Assembly: GCA_043228905.1 (NCBI GenBank)
Contig: JBHGNT010000002.1
Span: 2,356,001 to 2,420,000, forward strand
DNA: 64,000 bases
Origin: Azolla caroliniana
Taxonomy: Eukaryota > Plantae > Polypodiophyta
Direction: 5' to 3'
Below, one piece after another: positions 1 through 15,111 of this stretch; the first letter of the stretch is position 1, and each line of letters starts with the position of its first letter. Under the pieces are notes generated by a model. The model was not told the origin of the DNA and made no database searches. It saw nothing but the letters and a program-made list of their open reading frames with translations. Made by a program: the position numbers and the translations under genes.

Positions 1-262
1 TGGTTCAAGCTTAGACATTCAGGAAATGTGGGATTAGAATTTTGAATGGAGCTTTACAAATGGGTTGGGGTCAGGATAATGAAGTTAGGGCTCAAAAGTT
101 TTTGGGTTCCAATTTAGACCTTTGGGATTGGATTCAACGCTTAGGGAAATACGGGAATAGAGATTTGAACAGAGCTTTACAGAGTTAGGGTATTAAAGTT
201 AAGGGCTCAAGAGTTTTGGGTTTTTAAGATAGGGGATTTAGGACTCTAGGATTTGAGTAAAT

Positions 263-290
263 TTTAGGGTTTAGGGTTTAGGGTTTAGGG
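263..290 (+). repeat. Four perfect plant telomere repeats (TTTAGGG)4, preceded by degenerate G-rich telomere-like sequence (1-262)
   Basis: tttagggtttagggtttagggtttaggg at 263-290; the upstream 260 bp has ttaggg/ttgggg variants and a diverged ~125-bp duplication. Confidence 0.9.
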
Positions 291-3200
291 TGCCCATTTC
301 CACACCTTAATATTTCCACCATTATCACCCGCAATCACGAGCCCACTAGGGGTAACCAGTAGTGCTCGAATCTCATCCTTTGAAAACATGGCACACCGCT
401 CTGTGAAGCTGTTTTGCAGAAAGACCCAACATGATGAGATTGTAAATTGCCCCATTGATATAATAATTAAACTCAACACTACAAAAAAGTGAATGTATGG
501 TAATGTATACATACGATGGCAGCTCTAAAAGACGTACTGAATTGTCGTTCAATGAGCATAATAACATATCTTTGTTATGATGGTCAACAAATCCACGAAA
601 AGCAAGTACACCCTGAGAGAAAAAAGCAAATGGAAAATACCTTCATTTAACACCCACCCTTTTCTTTAAAATTATACACATGAATGGATGAAAAGTGTAG
701 TTTTATGATATACACAATAAAAATTGTGACGAGATAACAAAAACTAAAATTATGCACATCAAACACAGCAATATAAAAAGATACCCCCTTGTATACCTTT
801 CATATACACACCCGTGTATACAAATCAGTTATATATCTAGATGAAATCTTTGATCTTCATGAAGATTCTAATAGATTCTTTTTTCCAGCACTGTAACTCC
901 TTGGATCTGTCCAGAAACCGAGATAAAGCATCCCCATCATCACAATCCTCAATGATATGCCTTTTTGATAGTCGTCATAAACAACAAAATCACCTCTTCA
1001 TCATCCCATTCTTGCTCTAGTATCTACTAACATGGCAAACAAGCCTCTCATGTATGAATGAGTTGAACCTGCCACTTGATACAAGCAACCGAAGTTTCTC
1101 CTCATTAAGACACTCAAGTTGGGACTTCGGATCTCTCATTGAAAGGCAACAAGAGGAACAATCGACATCGGATGAACTATTCAGTAAGTTTCATCAAATC
1201 CTTATTCATAATTGTTCGGGCACATTGTGGTCAATATCCAGGTTGATATTATTGAGTACAAGACCCTCCGTGAGTATCGGTGTCCAACATTCAAGTTTGT
1301 CTTATGGACAATGTGATTGACTAATAGCTTTTTGAAATCTTAAAGAGGACATTCAAAATCACCTTCAATTCTTCAAAACTATTTTGTTTATGATCTATTC
1401 ACATGAGAGAATCCTACATAGCAACTCGTTAAATAATACTCTGAAACCATTTTGTTCATGTTCTATTCACATGAGAGAATTCTACATAGCAACCCAGGAA
1501 ATAATACTCTGAAACTATGTAAAATTACTAAGACAAATGTTATAAAACAAACTAGAATAGCAAATATGATTCTAAGGACCATCCATCAACAGCATTGTTT
1601 CCCACTTTCATTGGATACTTTGAAATCCCAAGGCGATCTACAATAAGTTAGAGCGATTAACTACAATAAGTTGTGGATCCAACCACTTCTACTCTACATC
1701 TACCAGAACAGCACCTCGCTATGTCACTGGCCTGAAAGTTTTAGCACCAAGCTCTTCTATGGTTGCTATTAGAAGAGAATTCAGAGCCTTGATGGTCTAT
1801 TAAATCAGTCTACTGAAATGTCCTTACATAAGCTCTTCAAAAACCAACAAAAGATTGTACTATATTCCAAATATTTGAGAAAGAAAAAGCTCAAGAAAGT
1901 CAAAAAAACAATGAACAAAGCCTTTGAAAAGCTGAGAACAATGATTATTGTGTCCCTGCTTGCATGAGTAAGCTCTGATTTGCAGTCTTACATTCTAATA
2001 TCCCCCTTCTCTACTCTGCAATTCTTTAAAACATAGCTGTGTTTCTACAAATCTGCCCATTATCTAGTCACATATCTAACTGAAACCAAGCATGCAGCAG
2101 TGCAATTTTTATGTTTTCGACTTCGATACTTGATAAGAAAACTAATCAAATGAGCTTTTGACAGCATTGTGTTTCTATGATGTGTGGTATCAATTTTCAA
2201 AATACTCTTTTTTACCACATCATCGCCACAAGAAAGATGTGAGTTCACGCCGACTGATATTGATTTTGACATTAGGCTTTTTACCATTTTACTGCGGAAG
2301 AATGGTATTAACTCACATTCAGATGTTCATGGACACCTGCATTATTGGAGTGAGTGTAGGATAAATCAAAACTCCCACTCTGGTTAGCTGCCCAAACCTG
2401 AAACAAAAAACACATAAATCCTTCATGAAACCTAACTGTATTAACAATAAAAGAAGCATTTCTCATGAACAATAAAGGCTGTCCCGTTTCTTACTTTGAC
2501 AGTTCCATCTAGTGAGCCAGAGATCAAATACTGATTCCAGAAAAGAAGACCCATGACAACATTTGAATGAGCTTGCAATGTTTGCATACAAACTCCCGTC
2601 ATCAAATCCCAAACCTTATGTATAGAAATAAACAAACTAGGGATACTTAGAAAAGCCAAAAAAATACAAGAGAAAAACAATCCAGACCTAGCAAGGTGAA
2701 AAGCACTGCAAAACGAACCGATTTCCTGTGTGTGGTACAAGATCTCAATCTGCATCAAACTACCTTAATTGTAAAGTCAGTTGAGCCTGAGTATAGCCTT
2801 CCCTCCGCCGCCTCCAGCGAAACAACCCCTCCCATGTGACCCAGTAAGGTAGCCGCTAGTTGAAAAACATTGAGAACTGTGTTGAATCTCCATGCTAGTA
2901 TACTCCCATTCTGACATCAGACGATATAACACAACACATATCCTAATTAAAATTCAACCATAGAAAAGGAAAAGAAAAATGACTTAAAATATGCAAAACA
3001 ATTCTACAGAAAGTCAATAAAAAGGTACTTCAGGAATAGAACTGTCACAAATTCTGGGGCCTCTGCCCATGTAAGTGATGGGTCAAGAGTTCACCTCTCT
3101 TATTAGGAGGTGAAATTAATAATAATTTTCTAAAGTAAAGATTCATAGAAGACAAGAAAAGTAGATAAACCTCAGCTCCAGCAAGTAGCAGATCATTGAA

Positions 3201-6200
3201 GACAACCAAAGCATGCACTTGTCCCATCGGCCCCTCTAACCTTTGTTCAGCATTAGAGTAGAGATGTAAAGCCTGAAAGGAAAACCAAGAAAAAACAATC
3301 ATTTCTTTTACACCACTTTGAGCCTATGCTAGGAGTGAATCTCAATCAAAAACAAGATGCGTTACCTTGACTTCATTTGGAAGGCCAACAAAAAGCCAAT
3401 CTGATTCTGTCAGTAGACATCCAACATCACCCCCCATTTGGATTACGTTTGCACACTGGAATAGCCACAATGCAAAATATTCTCAGATTTTGAGTGGGAA
3501 ATAGCAAGAAGAATAATGAAACTCCGTTATCACAACATATAGCATATATTTCTGCATGGCTAAAAAAAGCACGGAAAGTACATAATTTTTCAAACAGATA
3601 AATACAAAACTAGAACTTATTTATATGTATCTCCCCCGTTAAAAGAAACAATTTTGATCGTAAGATAAAAAAGATTAAGGGTTTTGTAATGTGCTATAAT
3701 TGAATAATTTTTCTTTAGCAATAGCATGATTGACTTTCTGCGTGACAATAATCCCTGAGCTTATGCTGATTCCATCAACAGGCTCCACCACAAAAAAGAA
3801 AAATGAATGGAATGAAGGCACAAAAGAGGGCAATGATAGTTATTTTGATGATACTTATCAAGACCATAACAATATCAACAATAGCTATTGAAACTGTAGG
3901 AGAACAAAGTCATTCACATCCTAATGGTCCTATCTTTATACTATGTCCTCCTAAATTCTAATTGCACATGCTTCACATGTAAAAACAAAAAAAAAACGAT
4001 GGAACTTCAGATTCACCTGTCCTGTCTCACAGTCCCAAATCCTGATTGTTCTGTCCTGGCTTCCTGTGTACATGTTGTTGGATCCACTCGGCAACACAAT
4101 AGACCTAATTGCCTGAAAGTCAACAAGACGACGTACCAATCCAGTCAAAGATTATCAAAAAGACATCAAATTTTTGTGAAATTGATCAATCCATCAACCC
4201 TTCTTTCAAAAGCTACTTAACACTGATAAACATAAAACACAGTCAATTAATCAGAACTTGGATAGCTTTTTAGTACATTTGGATAATTATAATGGTATAT
4301 GAGTAATTTTTCTAGCAAAAGAATATGAAGTGTAAAACAATAACTATCCACCTTCTCATGTTCAATATACCAACATTGCTAATCAAAGAATCCTTGGATG
4401 AGTTTTCAGTAAATACCAACAATTATAGTGATATATTGGTTTCTATTCCTAGCCAAAAAGTACAGAAAGAAAAACAATAGGTACATGTGGTCAGTCCAAT
4501 TAGCATTGGGTTCCGCATTGTGTGGAGTTGGTTGCATTCAATCTTAACGGTATAGATTACAATATCATCTTGGTACAGGCATAAGGGCCCCACATATAAA
4601 GTCAATTCAGAGTTGTAAATTAGAAGGCTAACATATTATTCTTAAGTTAGTGGCACTTGGCAACATGAGCTAAGACTTGCCTTATTCAAACAACTCCTTT
4701 TCTATGTAGAACTTGAAATTCAGTTTTGCCCTAGAGTGGCCACCATTCTAGAGGCCTAAATTCCACGAGAATAAGGAAATAATGAACGTGCTCTTTTTTC
4801 TACTATACTCAGTCAACTCTTTTTCTATGTAGAACTTGAACTTCAGTCTTGCCCTAGAGAGGCCACCACCATTCTAGGCCTAAAAATCCACAAGAATAAG
4901 GAAATGATAAATGTGCTCTTTTTTCTACCACACTCAGTAATGATTTCCTTGGAATGTTGAAGTCTACATACAGGCTTTCATTCTGATATAGGCTTAAGCT
5001 CTTGGTTGTGCTTCTGGGGTTTGTGATTTATCTTATACTATCCTCTTCTATTAATTTTCAATACAGAAATACTGAAAGAAGCGTTGATGTTAACTTCCTT
5101 CTTCATGCAGGAGCAATCGAGCTTCATAGATATGAAGCAAAGTTGTAGTAGATCAAAAATCACAAGGATTATTTCTTCTTTGTTTACATAACACTTCTCA
5201 AATGGTGAATGTCTGTTAAAATGGATGTTCTACCACCCTCTTTTTGGAAGTTCCATTGATCAGTTTAGCATACTAAAAAAGACAATAGCAACTGCCCCCT
5301 CATGTGCATTATACAGCCAAAAGATAATTAATCAAAATGTAGATGGCTTTTTGAGCAATTCCCACAAGCGTTGAGTTCCGTGTGCTTGCATATATGTAGT
5401 ATATAGGTTAGCATTGATTCTAGCATTCACCCACATGACTGTATCTGTATCTGCTCAGTACTTAAGCCTTAGCTTATTATTGTTTCAGGCTCCATAGTAC
5501 CCTCTCTTGCAATCGTGTTTCAGTCTCTGTTAATTATATATATTAATCCCAGCTTCCTCCATTTATACTATGTGTTGTACACCCTCTTTTTTCCCGCAGA
5601 ATCTTACAGGTATATTGGTAACTTTCCTTGGTAGAAAACAGCAAAAAGGAAGGAAAAACAATACCACTTTCCTATTGTCAAAGCGAGTTAATCAAAATTT
5701 AAATGGCTTATACACAAATTCGGAATGATCTCAGCGGCTTTTTTCAAATAAGAAGAAAAAGCAAAAGCAAAACAAGGAGAACAAAAAGAATCGCCTACCT
5801 TCTCATGGCCATGGAGAGTTGTCATGAAGCTCATGTCTTTAGTGTTGGAGAAAGAATGAAGGAAGCCACAGAGCTTGCCTCGAGAGCAATGGCCTCCAAG
5901 AAAGAAAGTACAAGGTTTTGAAGGAGAAAGCAAAGCCCCAGTTCCGACATTAAGACGATTGCCCGCAGGTGGATTGCCCCAAATCATAAGACTAGAAGCA
6001 GCATTCTTTCGATAAGAAGAGATCTCGCTGTCGTCAAAAGACCCTGAGCCACCGGATCGCCTATGCAATGTAGCTGCTTTGTCATTGTTTGGTGAAAGGG
6101 ATTGTGCAGAGCCAGCATGAGAGGGGTCTAATTGAAGGCTACCGAAATGGGTCTTCTTGATGGTCGGCACGGACTGCACCATAGCATCTACCTCCATATC

Positions 6201-6272
6201 AGGGTCAGGCGAGGTCGAAGGATCCTTTGTAGAGGGGAGGAGAGGAAGAGATCTCACTCTTTTGAGGGACAT
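285..6272 (-). CDS. CCCH zinc finger + WD40 repeat protein (ZFWD family), 9 exons, ~443 aa
   Basis: GT-AG exons in frame: 6272-5799, 4112-4017, 3455-3366, 3272-3171, 2910-2764, 2614-2495, 2397-2317, 612-515, 408-285. CCCH finger CTFFLGGHCSRGKLCGFLH; WD repeats (TGSQDRTIRIWD, SGSTDFTIKVWD, SGSLDGTVKVW, GDNGGNIKVWKW); conserved NDNSVRLLELPSF. Confidence 0.93.
4691..4938. repeat. Intronic ~124-bp tandem duplication
   Basis: caactc..ttttctatgtagaacttgaa...ccctagag...ccaccattctag...gaataaggaaat...actcagt occurs twice back to back. Confidence 0.85.
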
Positions 6273-6339
6273 GCAGGAAGAGCTGGGGGGAGGGAGGGGG
6301 GAGGGAGTTTCTTCCTATGTAAAAAAGAGTTTTCCTTTA

Positions 6340-6525
6340 ACAATTAGGGTTTGTTTACGGTTCCCTTTATATTGCAGGGATTCTCCAGTTCTCAGGTACA
6401 TATGAAAAAGGTAGAGATTGTGTCTCTCTACCTTGCGCAGGAAGTGCAGGCAAAGGGGGGAATTTTTAGGGCTTAATCGGAAAAATAAGGGGAAGGAGGT
6501 GTCTCAAGGTTTGAAGGGAATGGGT

Positions 6526-6574
<49 letters not shown>

Positions 6575-6760
6575 TAGAATTAGGGTTTCTCCAATATTTA
6601 GGGTTTTTACCATTGGAGGTAGGGGGAAGAGGGGGGAGACTTCTGATTCATCTTACTCTGTCATGAGGAGTTTCCTTCTTAAAGAGTTTGTATGTCAGTT
6701 AACAAATGTTTCTTCTTAGGGTTTTGTCTTCAGTGCTTCTATTTGTTAGGGTTTTGGGGG
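6340..6760 (-). promoter_or_regulatory. ZFWD 5' region with several telo-box-like (AAACCCTA) motifs and a (CT)n tract
   Basis: ttagggtt(t) at about 6344, 6580, 6598, 6716 and 6746; (CT)n at about 6533-6569. Confidence 0.4.
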
Positions 6761-6879
6761 GGGGGGGGGGGTATGAAGGACATATCCACACAGAGAGATT
6801 AGAATTGCTTTCTACTTTCTGAGAGGAAAAGTTTGATATGAGAGAGAGAAGAGAGACTCTGCAGAAGAGGCTCTTCTTC

Positions 6880-6911
<32 letters not shown>

Positions 6912-7200
6912 TGTATGTATGTATAATGTATGTATAATGTATGTATTTCAAAGAAGCCAATGAATGAATGAATGAATGAGATTGATTGATGCTCTTTGTT
7001 GTTGGTGGGTATGTGTATAGTGTGAAACCATGCCACCACCAATATTATTACATTTGATCCGTGGATCGTCATGCGGGTGCCCGAGAACTCGTATGAGCCA
7101 ATCCGGACGAGACCATCAGACCCCCGACCCTCTTGTGAACCCTCTGATAGAAGAAGAAGAAGCTTTGTTGCTTCGGGCACTGATCTCGCATTGAGACAAC

Positions 7201-7774
7201 TAACAATCAGCAACGGTTCGGTTCCGAACCGAACCGAACCACGGCTTAACAGTTTAAACGGTTTGGTTCAAGTTCAAGTTCCTTTTGTAAAATGGTTCGT
7301 TTCGGTTTGGGTGTGAATGGTTCGGCTCGGTTTTAATGGTTTTAAACCGCGGTTTAAACAGTTCAATGGTTTGATGGTTTTATTTTTATTTATTTTTTTA
7401 AAATTTTTAAATTTTAAAGAAATTAAAAAATAAAAAAAAAATTCAAACACCCTTTTTATTTTTAAGCCTAATTCTCAAGAAAAATCTTTACAATTTTGAA
7501 AATTAAAAATTTGAAATAATAATAAAAATTTTAATTTTGTATTTTTAATTTTGACTTAAGTTGAAAACCAAAAGTGAACCACGAAACCATGGTTTAATGG
7601 TTTAACGGTTTGGATTTTTACCAGACGGTTCAGTTTAATGGTTTAACAATTTGGATTTTTACCAAAAGGTTTGGTTTTAACGGTTTCGTGGTTCGGTTCA
7701 AGTTTCAAGATTTTTAAACGATTCGGTTTGGACACTCTCGAACCAAACCGATACTGAACGATTGCCGATTGTTA
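7201..7774. mobile_element. hAT-type MITE, copy 1
   Basis: TIR taacaatcagcaac...ttgccgattgtta; many AACCG/CGGTT subterminal motifs; AT-rich core; 8-bp TSD gagacaac/aagacaac. Confidence 0.88.
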
Positions 7775-9545
7775 AAGACAACCACGTTCTTCTTCGATAG
7801 ACTAAAACACGTTTGATCCAGCACAAAAACTCGTCGGGGGTGACAACCACATTTCGGAGAATGTAAGTCTCGTCCGCACAAGCCAATGGGCTCGTGCCAC
7901 GACTCCGACACTTTTCTAACACGTCCTTTGGATGCTTTGGAGACCAGGACTCACTCGCTGCCCTGATGCAGTTAGTGACTCATTGGCCACTAATTGTGCT
8001 CATTCCGACCTTCGTCTTCCCTCCCTATCCACCTGTCAACTCTGGATAATAATAACACCGAGTTTGGACAAACCAATAGTTTGCACGTTGTCACAAAGGA
8101 TGGCAAGCACTTGTGGAGACTACTTTGACGTTGCATCAATGGGATGTGGATGAAATGAGAATGATCTTATCTAGAATGAGAATGAAGCCCGAAAAAAAAT
8201 GAGTAGTGAGAAGGGAGTAAATGACCCCTCCATAGTGTCAAGTAATCTAAAGTTGAGTATCATAATTATGTTGGACCGGAACCAATAAATTTGAAGTGGG
8301 CTCAAAGTCACTCAAGTGTGGATGTCTACATTAATTGTCTTGAATCCAATAATAAGGCACCCCACCCCCCAATTTAGTTTAGGTCATAAATACCTTGATC
8401 CCCATTTTAGGGGGAGAATGAGCATCAAACAAGTAAAGGTTTATCAACCTCGTAAGGATTGTCAACTTAACAATTAACAAGAGATTAAACTCTTCAAGAA
8501 CACCCCGATGTTGCATATCCTCATCAACCCCCTTATTGCCTTTATATGTAACTATGCAGAAACAATAGGTTACCTCTAGGACTTTGTCCCCATATAAATC
8601 TCTCGATTGTATTTGATATCACTTAACAAGAGATTGCACTCTTCAAGAATGCCCAAATGCTACATGTCCTCATCATTGCCTTTAATGTGAAACTATGCAG
8701 GAGCAATGGGTTATCTCTAGCACTTGTTCACCATATAAATATTTGAAAGATATTTGAATAAAAACACATGAAAAATCTTGAGCTTGGATTCAACATAGAA
8801 ACACCTCTTCTATACATTGGAGTAGTTCAAACCAAACTAAAGTCTTTTACATTTTGAAGATACTTTACTTAAGATTGTGAGGTATCTTTCTATGTCTTTC
8901 GTCACAAGAAAATGAAATGTTTGTAGGATCTTTAATGAGGAATCTTATATATACTACTAGCTTCTAAGGTGTGAGGCAACTAAACTATTTCTCCACTAAT
9001 GCATGGGTATCCATATGAAGGTGCTTCACTCTACAGACAATGAATATAAAACTTCAATACTCTATTCCGTGTCTCTAGTCCTCCACACTTCAAAGTACAT
9101 GAACTTTTTATACGAACAAATTATTTGAATGTTTTCTATAATTTTCTTATATATATATATATATATCTAATGAGCAAATTCGTTTACAAAATAGTGGCAC
9201 CTTGTCATTTGTTCTTCTATGCCTACCAAGATTCTCTTTCATAAATTTTCAAACTTATTTGTTTTTCTTGTATAATCCATTATTATTATTTTTATTAATG
9301 TTATCCGGAGAACCCAAAGTAAAATTGAAGGAGTGAATGGATGTCAAAGTGTTTCATTTTGAGGACATTTGCAAAGTAAATTAATCAAAATTAAACTAAT
9401 TCAAGATGTAATCATTTTTACTAAGAATGGGATTGTCCCAAAGTCTAAAATTTCCAAACCATCACCAACTTCGTCTTTAGCAAATGATATATTAGCTCCG
9501 ATGAAGTACATCAACATGGCACTATCCAATGATCTAGATTATTCT

Positions 9546-9803
9546 GTGTGGAAATAGCGCTCGGCCACACCCAAGTCTTAAACTCAATGGAAGAACAAAG
9601 CAAAAATGGAGATTAATACACTTACACAAACAACAGAGAGAACACATGATGTTTACGTGGAAAACCCTAATAGGGAAAAATCACGGGAGCCCACAAACTC
9701 CAACTATCACTATAAGAGAAAGGGGTACAATAGGAGACTCAGAGGCAATGACCTCGAGCTCTATGCCTTCGCCAACCGGCGGTTACAACAGAAAGATTTT
9801 CTG

Positions 9804-9847
<44 letters not shown>

Positions 9848-9900
9848 CAACAATAATGATAACAACCAACAATGCTCTATAAAGTGATTGCCCTAAGTCA
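9546..9900. mobile_element. Copia-like LTR fragment
   Basis: Motif tttacgtggaaaaccc...ggaaaaatcacggg typical of copia LTRs; boundaries approximate. Confidence 0.4.
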
Positions 9901-12900
9901 TATTTATACGTATATGACTTTAGCACTATTTACAAATATGAACATGAAGTAGCAAGGGATTGCATGGATGTACGATGAATTAATAACCCAAAAAATTTGT
10001 GATAATCCTTGTGAAATATATAATTCTATAGGTATAAAAAATAACACATAAAATATAGGTAATTGAAAAAGTGGACAAAATGCAACAAAAACTCTAAATT
10101 TGTGTCTTTTATTATAACCATCTTTCCATATGGTGTCCAACCCTCCACTCTTGTTGGAAGCACTTTGTATCTTATTCTTTGAACATAACTTCACATTAGT
10201 GTAGGGGAAGTTGGCTTGAGAAAATAGATTTAGCAATCAAATTAGACTCATTAACTCTATACACATGTTGCAAGACCGGTATTTGGTAGAATCTTTAGTA
10301 TTCTTTAGTATGCCAAACAAGCGTAGGACCTTTGATGTTGCATTAAGTGTGTCATCATGTAGAAACAATGGGATATTGTAAACTTGTGAATTATTACAAT
10401 GTCCTTGGAGGATTCTTCATAGGTATGGGCAAAGTGCATAATCTTACCCATAACCACCCTTGTGCCTGCTTTAATGAGTGAAAGGCATAATCTCCAATGA
10501 TTTGTTCAAACATGAAAGCAAAGTTATTGATCATTTGTCATTAATTCCTTAAATTAATGGAAATAAGAATTTTACCAACAGACTCATGTTCATAGTGGTA
10601 GAATATGTTGGGAATTCGGTCCCTCCGGATGAGACGGATGAGACGAACCGAAGGAAGGAACCGGATCAGATAGATCCGGAAGGTATCCAGATGGATCCGG
10701 TGTGAACCGGATCCAAGGACATATCTGTAAATATGTTTCTAGTGTGCCTATCATGGCCAGATATTTTTGAACCTTGCTCCAACTCTCCTTCACCGCCCCC
10801 CCCCCCCCCCCCCCCCCCCAAACCAAGCACATATTTTGCTTCTCCACCTTGTGCATTGGTCACGACTTCGAATGAACCTTGTAAAGATTCTAACTCTCAT
10901 AAAGTAGGAGTATATGGAAGCGTAGTGCACGTGTGAGCAAGAGAAAGAATTAGAGAAAACAACTAGAAATAATAAAATACACAATAGGGGGATGACAACT
11001 TATGCACTAAAGATAAAACTTTATTAATCAACTAAACGCAATGGGCCAACGTGATTTTATATACAAGTCCTCAAGGGAATGCCACATTAAATGTGATTGG
11101 TGAAATCTAATTAAGATCTCCACTCAAGTACGATTCTATGATAAAAATATATGATATTCTTTGACCACATTCACACTTGACAACTAACTAGATAGTTCAC
11201 ATGGATTACAATAAAGTGTGTTCACGCACTTTTTCACACATTGTGCTTTTCTTCATAAGCATGTACATGCTCACACGAGTTGAGCTTGATTCTCAACAAA
11301 CCTCATCACAAAGGAGTGTTCAAGATACATTCATGTATGAGAATGTGCCACTTAATGCATTTATGTCGAGAACTATGTAAACAGTATCCCATGAACAATG
11401 CAAAGTGTACAAGAGTATTACAATGTGAATTTGAGTTGTTGAAGTCTCATGAGGAATCTATCAAGGAGCTCACACCAACTCCTTGGTACTTTTTTTGACC
11501 CATACACAACTTTCAACAACCGTGTGCCCTTGTTTTTTGAATAAGATAGCCCCAAACCTCCTTGAGATTAACGATTAAGGTAAGTATAAACTACTTAATA
11601 CATAATGGTCTTTTACCTATTTACAATTGTTACATTGCCAATTGTTACGAGCATAATGGTAATTGTAGCTCTCTAACCTTGAGGTTAGGTGTGGGCTAAT
11701 CCATAAGGGACGAAGGGTGAGGATTGAGTTATGTCAATCCTACTATGGGAGATAACTGAGTGTTTCATCACTTGGCCTAGGGTTTGATCCTATATAAGAA
11801 GTTTTGCTACCTTCATGATGGGACAAGACAATCTTTATCATATTGGATAGAAACTTTGATAACATGGCAAAGCTCTATCTTCATACATGTGTGTCTCCTT
11901 CAAACACAAGGTATGATCCATGTCTATATTGGGTTGTATGGGATATTGACAAGGACTTGGATTTGTCTTTCACCTTCACTAGGGTGTGATAAGGTGGAAT
12001 AACTCATTTTCTTATTTTGCTTAACGTTAATTAAGATTTTTACATAAATACTACATGTGATGAGAAACTTGTCCATCAACTCATGCAAATTACTAGATGC
12101 TTTCTACAATTAATATAACGATTTCCACATGGTCAAGTCCTTGTTTTTTGAATCAAGAAGCTCAAAACCTCCTTCTTGAGATAGCTAGTCAAGAAAAGTG
12201 AACTTGAAGTCCACATTGTATGTTAGATAGTTCTATGTCATGACCACTCCCAAAACTACTCAGATCATTTTGAGCTTTGTAATCAAAGTGAAAAGAGTAT
12301 GATTTATTGAGCCTTCAATCAAAGCAAAAATATTCCTCAAAATTTTCTCCCTTCATCTAGACATAGTGTTTTGCTACAAGCCTAGCCTTGTATTTATCCA
12401 TTGGGACCCACCTGGCATCAACCTTGTATTGAAGTCTGCCGAAGTCCCAAGTCTAATTGTCTGAAATGCTATACAACTAAGATTCCATAGTTCCTCTCCA
12501 CCTCATATTTTCCATTGCCTCCTCCATTGACCTTAATCCTTGATTTCTTCAACAATCACCCTCTTAAAACTTAGGTAAATAGAGTTGTTACATGCTTCCA
12601 TCATGCCAATTAGGTGGCATTTTTTGAAATCCAATACGAGGTGTATGAGATTCCTTGAAATCTGCATCTTGATTATCGCCTGCTTTCTAGCTAGATCTTA
12701 GGATTTATATTTTGGGTTATATTTGATCAACATTAGTTTCCTACTCATTTAACTTCTTCATCTATCGTCAGGCCATTTGCAAACGCATGGCTAAAGGTTT
12801 CTTCAGTGATTTCCCAAACCCCTTAAAGTAAGGGAAATGTTAGGATGACATCCTCCAATAACCCCATTATAACACTCATAATATTCCTTACATATCTCGT

Positions 12901-14519
12901 ACATCTCAGATAAAAAAATCTTCACAACTCACTCTTTGGGCCTCTTGTCCCATAACACACTCTTGTTGAGTGAGGATATGTGGTATACCCCAAAAATAAA
13001 AGCTTAAAACTATGAAACCATTTTTTTTTCCAAAAAATAACACTACTTCGCATTAGTTAGCAAACAATTACATCATAAAACTATGAAACCATTTAGCATG
13101 GGAGGCCACTAGATAGCTATTATTTCTCTCGTGAATAATAAATTATTGAGTTGACAAAGGTTCATTCTCCAAGGTGTTACTATTCTTATCAAATTTAAGT
13201 TTTATTGCTTGCTTTCATGGGGTAAGCTAAGTATTTGAAGGCTTACTACAGACTTCATAAAAAAGAGCTACATTGGGCAATGTTATAGGATTCATATAAG
13301 AACTCACCCCATATTTCTGTTGGTCTCAACAACCTTTCTCACACAAGTATTGTGAATGTCTGGCAGAAACATGGGTTTCTCTCCTATTCTAGTCATCGAT
13401 CATCCTTAAATGTTTTGCCTTTTCACCAACATTGTTTTCTTCGTTGTTTATAAAACTACTTCATGCTGATTTTTTAATATGTTGCCTTTATTTATTACAT
13501 CCTCTGGAAGTGATATATAATTGGGAATAGTGTAGGGACCTCTACCACTACTATATGTTGACATTTTGATTTGAAGTTGCCCAAATTACTTAGAAATTTC
13601 AAGCAATGGCCCACAAAAGGTCCTATTTTAATTTCTACTCTAGTGAACCTATTTTCTTCGCTTAATATTTTTCCATAGTTATTTTTCTGAAATCAAATTT
13701 AACATCAATTGTGTGGCTTAGCATTTGGGTTACAATCACTTTTTCCAACTGCTCCATTACATTGTACAATACATAAGATTAGTTTTCTTGTATCAAATGT
13801 GATGTCTTTTAAATTCAAAATTTTGATTGCTATAATCCCGATTCCCCACTAGAGTTGGCACTTTACAGCTTTCCACTAGCTACCACTAGCCCAATCTCAA
13901 ATTTTTATAAATATTGCGTCTTTTACATCAAATTTGTTATTTGTTTTAGCGCTTTCGGTTAACACTTTATAAAGCCAATGCAAACTAATAAGAAAGTAGA
14001 AATATCATTTCACATGATTTACCATATTAACCAAATATGTTTTGGATGACATATATTGCCCGTCTCCATTTTGTTTACTGACAACTTGATCAATATTCCA
14101 AAATTGTTGGAGCTTTAAGACGGTCATTGGTTATTGTGGCCTACAAATTCTCAAAGTCAATGATTTATTAAAGATGGGCCGTCGTGGCTCATCCTTGAAT
14201 ACTTGATGCGATTTATGAGTGCTAAATTATTTGAACTCTTTATCCAAAAACAAATGTACAAAGTTTCTACAAAGAGTTTTGTCGTACCAATTGGTCATTC
14301 CTTTTCTACATGGGTTTTGATATAGTTCTTATTCTGATTTTCCCTTCTAGGTTACTTTAATTTTCCTCGTGTTATGTGCAAGAAACTAAAGAGTTTTATA
14401 TCGACTATGTGAAAATAGTTAATGGACGAAATTGTAATAAACTTCGATTAAAAAATATATATTTGCTTTGCAATTCTATTTATTTTAGGAAGAGTAACCT
14501 ATCGATTAACAAGCATACT

Positions 14520-15111
14520 CTGTGGGACTGCCCAACGTCCCATCGAATATGGTGGGGGATTGGCCGCTTGTTGTAATTATGCTAGGTGCAAGGCTCAATC
14601 AAGTGGGGAAATATATGTTGGTTATCATGGCAGGCCGCAATTGGCAGATACGAGCATCAAGAGGAGGGGATGACTTTGGTGATAAAAGCACAAGAGGTCT
14701 TTTTCTCCTCCAGCGGCAATGTCCACTCCACTCCTCTTAATGACAAATCTCAAGAGGTGTTGGAATTGGTCAACCGAATAACTCTTTGGATTCTATGGAA
14801 ATAACGATGTAGGCGAGTCTTCTCCAACCAAACTGCACATCCAACAAGGTTATTGCAAGAGATATGGAGTGAAATTGTAGCCACTCTGAAGAGTCAATAT
14901 GATGGCCTTAAGGGCAGATCCGAGGGAGTTGAAAGACAATGAATAGCCTTCATCCAACGATGGTCATCCTCTCCCTTTCTTGAGTCAGTGGGCATCCACA
15001 TAAGATGGAACTATCGCGTCCCTTCAGGGATTTGTACATAATCGTCTCATTTGTAAAATTTTATAACTAATGGAAGGAGTTTTTTATTGGAAAAAAAGAA
15101 AAAGAAAAAGA
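14520..15111 (+). mobile_element. 5'-truncated L1-type LINE remnant
   Basis: LWDCPTSHRIW (end of zf-RVT) and WILWK*RC motifs; A-rich tail 15091-15111; TSD aagcatact at 14511-14519 and 15112-15120. Confidence 0.75.

Noticed and set aside
10200-13800. Degenerate copia-like and other TE relics (also 16200-18900, 38300-39300 and 43600-45400)
   Set aside because: They look like decayed TE coding sequence, but motifs and boundaries are too eroded to call reliably.
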